Assembly: GCA_904063045.1 (NCBI GenBank)
Contig: CAJFCJ010000002.1
Location: 1,944,422 to 2,008,421 of the forward strand
Direction of reading: 5' to 3'
Source: Dimorphilus gyrociliatus
Lineage: Eukaryota > Animalia > Annelida
Length of the DNA: 64,000 nt
The notes beneath the pieces were generated by a model. That model did no database searches. It was not told the DNA's origin and saw only the letters and a list, made by a program, of their open reading frames with translations. Position numbers and translations under genes: made by a program. Below, in pieces: positions 38,353-49,244 of this stretch (within the stretch, counting starts at the first letter, position 1; each line of letters starts with the position of its first letter).

Positions 38353-39957
38353 ATAACGAGATTATTATATTTTCTTCGTCGTCGTCATCAGCGTTTTTTT
38401 TTTCTTTTGAATATTATTCTAAAAGGAATTTAATCAATTTCGTTCTAAATATTTCCATAAAATTTTTATTTAGGTCATTTATACCTTCTATTTTATAGGC
38501 TAAATTTACTTGAATTCTTTAGCCTAAAAGTTACGAATTATTAATCTACCAGTATATTTACCTTAACTAATTTCAATGCTATTATATTAAATTCTATCAA
38601 ACATTACTTTAATAAGAAATGTAAATAAGCTCGTGTCTGTGTACATTGCGACCCTAGATGGTGTCCTTGAACCAAAACCATTATGCAAGAGGAAGGTGAT
38701 AAAAAAGACGAATGAAAGATTAGTTTCCTAAGTAGAAACGAGAGAATGAGGTCACAGTGATAGAAAATGGAAACTATCGATCGAAACTAAGAATTAATTC
38801 TTAATAATACTATAAACGAGCAGAGATTATAAATACTCTATAATCTTAGTTAGAAGAAGCCGTTTCCGGACAATTGATAAATAAATTGCGAAAAGTCCTA
38901 AAAATTCAATGGGACAATTTCCAGATAACAATAAACTACATAGATAATAATTCATAATAAATTCTTAGTTATTTACAAAAAAAAGTAATACACATCTCGC
39001 CAAACACTTGCTATTCGTTGATTGATCTCAGTTATTCATTATATTTCATTCTACTTGAATAAAGAAAAAAGAATTACTTGAAGAGAAAGATATATTTAAG
39101 TAGAGAATTGTGAACAGAGAAGAGGGAATAAAATAATTCAATAAATCTTATTTATGCCCACCAACACCCTGTCTATCTCCTTCTCTATAACTATTCAATT
39201 GATTGATTATATATTTCACAATTTATGTAGTGTTTTTTTTCTCTCTGCATAAAAAGAAAAAAAGAAAAGGGGTGGAGGGAAAGCTGATTTTCTTCTGTAT
39301 AACTATATGATGTATTTAAACCTATTTTCTGTAATTATCAGTATCTATTACATATTTTTTATGTTACTTTTTCTTTTAAATAATACTTGTTACCCGATCT
39401 TACTTCAAAGGATAATTGTAAGCTTTTATAAGGTACAGATAGGGAAAACGGTTGTCTATATGCTATATATACTTTTAATTAATATAGAATAACGGTCACA
39501 TAATGCTCTATACTCATTACCATTTTTTAATATTTTATTTAATAGGACTTTTATAAGGCAACTGTTTTAAGAGAAACGTATAATTATAATTCAACATATC
39601 TCTCTCTCTCTCTCTTTGTTATATTCCTTCCTTCCTTTTTTATACAAGTTTCAAAGGAATAATCTTAAGATTTATGAAGGTTTAATATCTTATTTATTCT
39701 ATGCAAATTGTATATTCGAACGCTTTCTTCTCTTTCTGCCGAGAGAAAAAGGTATCGATTATGTTATAACTGAGTTAAACGATCAACCCTCTTCGTCATT
39801 TTTTCTAGGTAGCGCTGGCGCAGGGGTCCAGGTTTAGTGCTGCCACCTGAAGCTTACCTATGATTAGCACATTTTCAGGTGTACAAAAATAAATTTTTAG
39901 GGCAAAATAGCTGATTTTACTTGATTTTTTTATACTCAATAAAATACTCTATTAACT

Positions 39958-41103
39958 ATGGACACGAAACTGCTCACGATTGCAACGATTTGGGGAGTCA
40001 TAGGTCTTTTCTTTCTTACAGGTAACCAAAAAAACTATTTTACTCATTATCGCCCATTCCTTAAATGTGTTTTACCCCTGTAATATTGTAATTGAGATAA
40101 TCAATCTTTGACCATAATCTAATCGGTTTTATAAGGGGTTATCGATAAGTTGTTAGAAATAAGTATATCACGTTTATCTTTGACTAACAATCCTTATCAG
40201 TTCTTATCATTTTTTCCTTTAGGAACTTCCGGCTTACGATGCTACTACTGCAGTGGAATAACAAATTTAGCATATGATGCAGAGAGTTGCTTTTATCCGA
40301 ATCATAAAACAAGTATGCAAGAATGCAACCCGGGTGATCAATGCGAAGTACGTTCCATAATTTAATCAAAAGTAAACAAATAACAAGCTATAAATATAAA
40401 TTTTTGACAATCACGTAACATCCGCAACTTCTTATGAAGCTAGAGATAAAACACTTACCGAACAACACTGTTCATTGGAATAGCCTGGATACATACCTCT
40501 CATAATTCAACTTTTGCTCTCTTTTTTCTGTAACACTAACAAAAATTTTAAATCACCAATTAATCTTTAGTTTAGTACAATCCGCACCCTCATTAGTCAG
40601 TGCAGGGCACAGTTTTCTAGTTTAAAATGACTTTTCTTAGTAAATTCACAGAGGTTTAATTGTGTTTGATAAACTCTCTATAGGTGATAGATTTAGTAAA
40701 AATAACAAAGAGCTTATAGGATTATGAATATTTGCCCAAACTAATCATGTAATTAAATTAACTAATGTAAATTTAGGGCGGTTTTTTGTTTATTGAGTAG
40801 GATACACCCTAATAACGCCCTTCATTTATTTACTCCCTGATGAATGTTTAAAATATTTTTAGCATGCAAAGCCATATTAAACATTGTTCATAATAATCGA
40901 AACAGAAAAAAGTTCAAGCATTGGATAGAAAACAGGATAGAGTTTCCAGAGGTTGCAGTTCAAATTGTCAGAAGCCTTTAATGTGGACCATGGATTTTCG
41001 GGTACACTGCTGCGATTCTGACCTTTGCAACTCTGCCCCTCTACTTAAGATGAACTTTAATTTAGCTATTTTTATCATTTTAATCTACTTTACTATGGTT
41101 TGA
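39958..41103 (+). CDS. Ly6/uPAR (three-finger) GPI-anchored protein; three coding exons
   Basis: Signal peptide MDTKLLTIATIWGVIGLFFLT, then LRCYYC...C...C...CE, RGCSSNC, HCCDSDLCN (LU signature CCxxxxCN) and a hydrophobic C-terminal GPI signal. Confidence 0.85.
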
Positions 41104-41346
41104 AATTGTTTCTTTTTACCGAAAATACTATGTTTTTAAATGATATTCTTAACATTTGTAAAGTACATGTAAAGTATATATGTTTATTGATCAAACTTAT
41201 TATCTAAATATCTCTTTATCGTTATCTTTTTTTTTTTAAACTGTTTTATATCAATAAATTTATAAATCAAATTTTTCTAAATGTAAGCTCTAAAAAAAAT
41301 AACTGAAAAGAGGCCTATTCAAATTATAGGCTGAATCGGATGCTTC

Positions 41347-41356
41347 GTTGTCATGG
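41347..41356. promoter_or_regulatory. RFX/X-box half-site-like motif upstream of the ciliary gene FAM183
   Basis: GTTGTCATGG resembles GTTGCCATGG and lies about 140 bp upstream of the ATG. Confidence 0.3.
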
Positions 41357-41491
41357 AGTGTTCTTTGTTTATATTGACATTAGTGTGTGTATGCAGAAGA
41401 ACTAGTTTTTTTTAAATTTTACTTATTTCAAGAAATAAAACGATAGTTTTCTCTTTAAAATATTCAAGATTTTTTGGAAATTTAAAAAGAG

Positions 41492-42126
41492 ATGTCTAAA
41501 CAACCGAGTAAGGAACCTTCTAATATGGTCCATCAGAACGCGATTTTAGTAGAAACGATCAGAAAGGAAAATCGAACGCAAAAGCTCTTCACAAATTTTT
41601 CTATCAATCCTTTTACGCAATGTAAGTAATATAAAATGAAGGATTAAGTATAAAAAGAATGTATTTTATCTCTTCCATTAACCTCTGTAGCTTATGCTTT
41701 AACGGGAAAGGTAAATTCTATACATGACGCTCTCATGGAAGCTGGAGAGGAAGATGGTTTGTATTCTGTTTGCTTAAAAAAACTTGGAGGAAATCTTTAT
41801 ACTTTACAATAATTCACTTTCTTCTTTACATTTCTTGTTTAGAAACTATGAAAAGAGCTATAGCGCAATCAAGAGCTCCGCCAACAAGAAAATATATACG
41901 GCCGCAAACTGAATCTCAAGAAATAGGCTGGATTAGTCAACCGCTGGTAAGAAGTACAAGATACATTAAGTTGTTTACTTAATTGTTTAAATATATATTT
42001 TTAACTTAGTTAACGGATCAGGATCACAATGATCGTCGTCTCTTTCATAATCGGCAGAAGACAGAAATTGTAAAAATAAAAGAAAAAGAATGGGAATTAA
42101 ACCCCGCCGGCAGTAGTCGAAAATAG
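41492..42126 (+). CDS. FAM183: FAM183/CFAP144 ciliary microtubule inner protein; four exons
   Basis: HQNAILVETIRKENRTQKLFTNFSINP, PPTRKYIRPQTESQEIGWISQPL, DRRLFHNR. Confidence 0.85.
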
Positions 42127-42269
42127 TTAAGACGTTAGAAAAACACTCTTCAAGATCGTTAAGATATGTTAATCGAACAAAAAGAGAAAAATATACATTC
42201 AAAAATTATAAAAAAAAACAACAAAGCTTCTTTAATAACTGAATTCAACAGTAAATTTTGTATTCTCAC

Positions 42270-44990
42270 TTACAAAAACGCTGGATATTCCAATTTGACA
42301 TCTAACGATTTGTTATTGTACTTTAAAGAGTGATACCTGTAATATTCAACTAGTTCGTGCAAATTTGAAAAATTGAATGGATAAGAAAATCCAATACCAT
42401 CCGTCTGATTTTCGATAATGCAGTGTGCAATGAAAGTTTCTCGTTCACTACCCTCTACAGTCGCTACAATAGACAGGGCATGATTTATTTTCTTCTCATC
42501 TTCGCGCCTCCTAATAAGGAATGTTCCAGGTTTTTTATTTTTTAGGTGATCTATAGCCTGTGTTCTTGACATTTCACTTGTTAACCAGTCCTTTTCCTGC
42601 CATGAAGTTTCAACATGATCAGGCCTATTATCACTTTCCATAAAAATATGTCTGTAAAAATTTTTGATCGCCTCTTTAATCGAGTTTTGCTTTAACGGGG
42701 GGTCACGAATTTTTAAACTCTCGTAGTTTGATATTAAATAATCAATTTGATTCTTAACCAAACGCATATTTTGTACAAGCCAAGACGAATAGTTCCTCTT
42801 TAAAGCGAGATTCTTATTGATTTTCCCCTGTAAATTTTCCACTTCTTCTTGTAATTCGTTAACTTCATTTTTGATACTTTCTATTTCAACCTCAAAATTC
42901 GTTTTTAGAGTATCTAAATCCGAAATTCTTTGTTGAAGAATGTCAACGCACTTTTTAAATCTTGTTTCGTCGTTAGTGGAAAAAGGTTCATGAAGCTGAG
43001 AAAATCTTTTTAATTTTCTTTCTTGACTTTCAAAAATTTTACTTAGCTCTTTAAAGTCCTCTAAGGCAGTCTTTTTTAAAGATAAATCGTTCTCTAAGTC
43101 AACACTTTTTTCCCAATTTAATAAAACTCTACGTTCGTCAATCGAAATTTCATCGTGAACTTTTAAGAAGGCTTCTAAGATTTCCTTTTCATTCATGTTT
43201 TCCAAATCTTCACAGCCTCTTTCTATCGGATATAAGAGTTTAATGTTTAATTCGGGATTATAAGCAGCTAACGATGAGAATTTGAACGATTCAACAAGAT
43301 CAAAGACACTCTTAAATTCATAGTTAGGATGACAAAAACCAAACTTTCCATTTTTTTGGTAAATCTTTACCAAACGGCATTTCCCATCGCATTTTAAGGT
43401 TAATGTATAGTCCCCGGGTTTGTTAGATGAGTCTCTAACCAAAAAAGATCCATCTGGTTGTGATACTAGTAATTTTGCTGCCTTGTCTCTTGATAAGTTC
43501 GGCCAATACCAGTATTGTTCTTCTAAATTTCGACATGAAACACGTCTTGGAGGTGTTTCAGTAATACATTTGTTATCTACTTTAGCGAGACGATTTAAAA
43601 TCGTTTCGTGTTTTGTTAGATTTTTTTCAATATCTAGGATATTATTCCATCCAGGTCTTAAAAATAAAGTAGAAAAGAATCGAACTGGTATACGACTCTT
43701 AGAAATGTGGCTCAATAAACAGTCCATTGTCGATTTTTGCTGCATTGGCAAGGTTTCGTATAATTTGAACAGTTGCTCACTATTGGAAACTTTAATAAAT
43801 TCCTTGTAAAATGACACCGGTATCGGTGGATCAGGTAACTCCCTTAAGTACTGCAAAATTGCTGACGAGATAGAAGAAGGAGCTATCGAGTCGAGACAAA
43901 CGTTTCCTCCCTTCGAATTTAACACTTCCATCAGATTGTCATCTAAATTGCTGTCCTCATATAAGTGGGCAACTTCGGTCTTGTCTTCTTCAGCCCGACG
44001 CTCAAGATTTTCAATTAATAATTTTAAAAAACTCTCGCTCTGCGAAGATAAACCATAAAGGAATGAACTTTTTGTAGTCGAAACATTTCCAGTTGAAGAA
44101 TTAGAGCACTCTTTAACGCCGTTGTTTGCACATTCAATGTGGCAGTGAAGGTTACAATCTGTTAAAAAAGAAAAAAAAAATTTTCATTTATCATCCTTTT
44201 AAAAAATCAATATATCAACAAATAGACCGCATTATTCCAATTTATGGCCTTCTTACATAAATATTGGCTTACCTCGGCAGGTGTAACCATGACAGAGAAA
44301 ACCCCATATAAATTCGGCACATACGCAACATCTATTAACTGACGGATAATTGTGCTCGATAATTTTATGAGATGACAAATCGAATTGACAAGCACCTATA
44401 AAGAATAATAAATATGAAATATTTCGTTGTTTAACAAGTAATTTAAACTTTTAAGAATAACCTTCTGGTGTCGAATCGATATTTTCAGGAGGTAGCATTT
44501 GCGAATTAACCTAATAAGAAAAAATTTTTTTTATAAAATTTACATATTCTTTTCTCCGGTGAAAGACCTTTTAAAAGCTGAGACTTTAAAGTCTCAATGA
44601 TTCTAAAAATACTTACTGATTTATCTTCCTTGCAGATCGACAAGAATAATCCAGAACGTCGCAAGAGAGAATCAAAGGGTTTCTTCATACTCTAAAATGT
44701 AATATGTAAAGAGAATAAAATATTTTTTCTGATAAGTTTCTAATATATAAACCATATAAACTAAATTCTTTCACCAACCTGAAACTTTTCGCTATCATCT
44801 TCGTTCACATGGAAACTCTCTTTTCGTCGATAGAAGTTACAAACTGCAGCCATTCACTCGGCCAAATATTAAGTACACTGCAGTGCACGAATAAATAATT
44901 AGTTCGACCTAGATATCTTTGTTAATTTACCTTGATGTACCGAATGGAAACGGAACAAAGAAAATCGATAACAGTCCCAGGGTATGACAT
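42270..44990 (-). CDS. PIK3R: Class IA PI3K regulatory subunit (p85-type): C1, RhoGAP/BH, nSH2, iSH2 coiled coil, cSH2; 5' end uncertain
   Basis: Two SH2 domains (WYWPNLSR..GSFLVRDSS; GTFLIRR) flank a coiled coil. Upstream RhoGAP-like helices (ILQYLRELPDPPIP). A C1 domain is encoded across exons 44273-44395 and from 44158 down. Candidate ATG at 44990, but the first exons could not be joined unambiguously. Confidence 0.9.
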
Positions 44991-45625
44991 ATTAAAGCTT
45001 ATGTATAAATAAGTAAACAAGATGACCTAAAAACCTTAAGGAGTTGTCACTTTAATACTTTTTTACTAGGTTTCCTAAAAATTTCCCTTTACAACAGATT
45101 TAATTACTATAATCAAAAATGAAAAATGAGGCCTACGGCGATTCATTCTAATTCAACAGATGGAGCGGCGATCACCCTAAGAACCAGAAAGAGCTATGTG
45201 ATCATACCGTTCTATTCTATACTTCAGTATTCTGTCACTAAAATCAGCTGACGGTCTATATGACCGCTAATTGAACTTTTAACAAAGACAGAATCAATAA
45301 TTGATAGATAAAGCGATAATTTAGCTCAAGACCAAATAACCCTTTCTGTAAATTATCGAAAAAACGAAGGATCTCTAAATTTTTAGATCGCCTAAAAAGA
45401 AGGCACAAAAAAAAATTATCGGACAAACCTGAAGGTTTTTCTCGGATATTTGCTTATAAATCCGTTATTCTTCATATATTCCTCTTATTTTACATTTGAT
45501 TTAAAGTTATTTCCAACGGCAGCTTTTTCACTATACGTTTTACAACAGCAAGAAATCGAAGAACTGAAGTGCCGAGTGAAAAATAATTTATTTCGCTGTT
45601 GGGTGCAGCGATCTCAATTTTATTC

Positions 45626-45639
45626 TGCGCATGTGCGCA
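45626..45639. promoter_or_regulatory. NRF1-like TGCGCATGTGCGCA upstream of PIK3R
   Basis: GC-rich near-palindrome in AT-rich surroundings. Confidence 0.3.
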
Positions 45640-46608
45640 CTATCGCAATTTTCTCTAACCTAAATACTTAGACCTATACACTTTGATATTCTATTGACAA
45701 TAGGCTGAAAAACCAATACTGTAAAAATATTGTCTTATTTCCGTGATATTTTTTATTATAAAATTACTAGTTAGTATCTACCTTGACCTAGTTAAAAATT
45801 TTCAGTGAATCAAATGAACAAACTATACTGATTGATATTAGCCTATGAGTATTCAGTGCATACAGATGAGGTCCATGACCGCCCAAGGCACGTATCAATT
45901 CAGAGAATTAGGGTAGATTTTTTTCACTAATAATTTTAAACGACCTTTGCATGAAAAAAGCATTTACACTTAATAGAAAAGCAGAAAAGTAAGAAGATAA
46001 AGTTACTAACAGGACGATTACCTCGAAGCTTAATTTGCATATACTAGTTACATACGTAGTTTTTCTTTTTTCAAGAATCGCTTATCAGATTAAGAATACG
46101 CCATAAAATATAATTAAAGATAATCTTATAAATACTACAAATCATTTAATCTTTTATCTTTTTAAAAGCTCCAGTTTCCTACTTATTTTATATAGATTAA
46201 CTGCTTTCGATGAATTTTACAGAGCGGGTAAAGCAAATAAAAAATATTACCGTACTATGTTGAATGAAAAGCATCAACAATAGTAGGTCATGGAACTTTT
46301 CATCGTAGGCCTCAACTTTTCGCAAATTGAATAGTGCAAATATGTGCAACATTGGTGCTTTTCTTCTCTGCTCTTTTATCCTATTGTAATAGTTGAGTTT
46401 TTTTTAAACTTTGAAAAGACTATACCAGTGACTACAATATGTTAAAACTAGGCTGATAAAAACAAAATCTTGCTAAAAGCTTCTATTTTTTCATAACCTG
46501 GACATATTTAGCCTAGTGGAGTGGATTTTTTATATCCTGTTGAAAGATAGACAGAGAGCGAGGAGAAGGAAGGAGAGAAATATATAAATATATAATATAC
46601 ATTAAGAA

Positions 46609-46611
<3 letters not shown>

Positions 46612-46665
<54 letters not shown>

Positions 46666-46668
46666 CAG
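46612..46668. repeat. (GA)n microsatellite
   Basis: Long GA run with a degenerate gacaga end. Confidence 0.95.
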
Positions 46669-47534
46669 AAAGGGAGAGAGAGGGAGAAAATAATTCATAT
46701 TACAAGAATAAAATAATAGTCTAATTATTAACATTATTTAATAGTTTCTGTTAACCTTTTATATAATAAAGTTGATTTCATATAAAAAATAAAAAAACAA
46801 ATTACAGTTAAGATGGATGAGAGCTGTCTAACCGTTGACAACAACCGACAAGGTAAATTCCTTAATGAGCATAATAAACGAGTAAAAGGAATAGATATTA
46901 TTACTTACATTACGTAGCCCTTCTGATATCTTCTATATCCATTATTAAAGGACAATTTTTTTCTGTAGCTCCTTTTAAATTAGGTCATATTTTATACTAT
47001 TTCACAAAGGAGAAGAAACTAATTTTAAAGCATTTAACACACTAGAAGGGAAAAAAATCACTTGCACTTACTAAATGTTTCACTACAGATGCTTCTGCCA
47101 GTAAAAAAAATTAATCAAATGCACATCTATTTATGCAGATTCAAATTTCTAGGAATTTTTTTATCTACCATACTCTGGGTATTTTCGTAATAATTGATCT
47201 TGAAAGCAGTTCTCTATACCCATTCGAACTAAGAAGATTTTAATTAAATTGTCGATATTTTTCTCTTTTCATTATCAATTGCTTGTAATTCTTTATATAA
47301 CTTTAATGTGAAAAAGTAATAGAAATAGGTCTCATAATGAAAAAGTTATTACAAGAAATAAAGGAGCGAGTAGAACGAATAGAAACAGATTCTTGTGACC
47401 TAAAAAAATTAATTCTCCTGGGTCACGTGCCCTAAAGGGAAGTGCTATAATTTCTTTATATAGAAATATGTACGTTCAAATAGGCTTAGGTGTAAAAAAG
47501 AGCTAGAAAGAGTGTATGCATGTATGTACGCATG

Positions 47535-47546
47535 TATATATATATG

Positions 47547-47582
<36 letters not shown>

Positions 47583-47614
47583 CGTGTATGTGTGCGAGAG
47601 AGAGAGAGAGAGAG
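47535..47614. repeat. Compound (TA)n/(TG)n/(GA)n microsatellite
   Basis: Seen directly in the sequence. Confidence 0.9.
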
Positions 47615-47791
47615 TATGAAAGTATGTCAGTGGCTTGACAGCAAGTATCAACTGTTACTGACAACGAAAGGAGTATTATTAAATGATATGAAAGGCTAAA
47701 TGTTGTATTTTAGTAAAGCTGCTTTCAAGAGTGGCCGCGAGACTGAATTATGTTGGGTATACAACATTCTATAGTCGTATATAGATCTATA

Positions 47792-47813
47792 AATATATAT
47801 ATATATATATATA
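47792..47813. repeat. (AT)n microsatellite
   Basis: Seen directly in the sequence. Confidence 0.9.
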
Positions 47814-48116
47814 TCTGCAGTGATATATGGCTTTTAGTGAATATTTATAGATATTTTTATGATCTTTTTAATTAACTTAAAAATCATTTCACTGTAAATC
47901 ATTATTCATTCGTGCCTTATTTTAAGATTAGTATTTCTTAGATTTAACTAAAGCCTGCTCACAGTAATTCGCATTTGTTAAAAACTGTAGGAGTATGTAA
48001 ACTGTCCTGGCTTTAGGTCAGGACTCGGATGGAAAGTCGATAGTATATTTACTGTGTAAACTTTAGGGAAAGGAGCCTCGCATGTGTGCGTCCTTGAAAA
48101 GCTTTGCTTTAGGCCT

Positions 48117-48119
<3 letters not shown>

Positions 48120-48155
<36 letters not shown>

Positions 48156-48168
48156 TATATATATATAT
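48120..48168. repeat. (AT)n microsatellite
   Basis: Seen directly in the sequence. Confidence 0.9.
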
Positions 48169-49244
48169 ACACACAATCTACTGCATATAGGAAAAATATA
48201 GGAAAAAATTCGGAAACGATAAAAAGGCCTAGATATAAGAAATCGATAAAAGATTAACATACGAAACCTTGACACACTTTCTTAAAAAGACAACCTTATC
48301 GCCAGATGTTTGCTTTGTAATACGGAATTTAACTAATTCAACCTTTGACCCCCATTGACCGTAATTTATAGTTCGATTGTAAAGTTAATAGTGTATTTCA
48401 GTCAAGTGATACGTTGTGTATTTTATTTATTAAATTAATAATTATATCTGAAATAAATTAAATGCATGATCACGTGTGCATGATATAAAGAACAAACAAA
48501 GATAAAGCAAGATCTTAAGATTTGAAGAGAAATCTTCCAACTGTCATGAACAGTAAGATTCTTTCTTATCAAAAATATCTTTTCTGTTATCTGCTAGAAA
48601 TAAGTTCAAATTTTCTGATTATACAGAGAAAAATATCGAAAGAGAAAAAGAGATAGAGGAGAAGAACACAAATTGACATAGGACAACAAATAAAATAACA
48701 AAGCGTTTAAGGCACGTTGTACGCCAGGAAAAAGGGAGAAAATTGATATATACCTATGCACATACCGATAATTTTCTTATTAAATCTAACATAAAATTGA
48801 TTATGCTCTCTGTACAATAACAATTTGAATACAACTTTAAAAATCTCCTTAACTCCTTTTTTTTCTAAAAAAAGAAAGAAAGAAGCTTTGTCGTTTAACA
48901 AAAATGATTAATCAAAGAATTGAATATGACGTAAGTATGATATTTTGTTGTTGTGAAAGATTATTGACTGCTCTTAGTCAATAACACCGACAAATATTAT
49001 TTTCTTCTATTATTATACAATGACAATGTAATTAAAACTTTTTTCTTTTCTTTTTTAAATGCAGTAGACATAAGATAAAATATAAAAATGATGTACAAAC
49101 GAAACGGAATGGACTTGTAATAAAGTTCTTAATATAGAATCTTTGTGATCCTCCCTTCGCACCGAAAAAGCTAAAACGATTTTAGAACGTAGATTAGAAA
49201 GAGGTGGAAATTACCAATGTGACGTAGGGATTTATAGTAATTTT

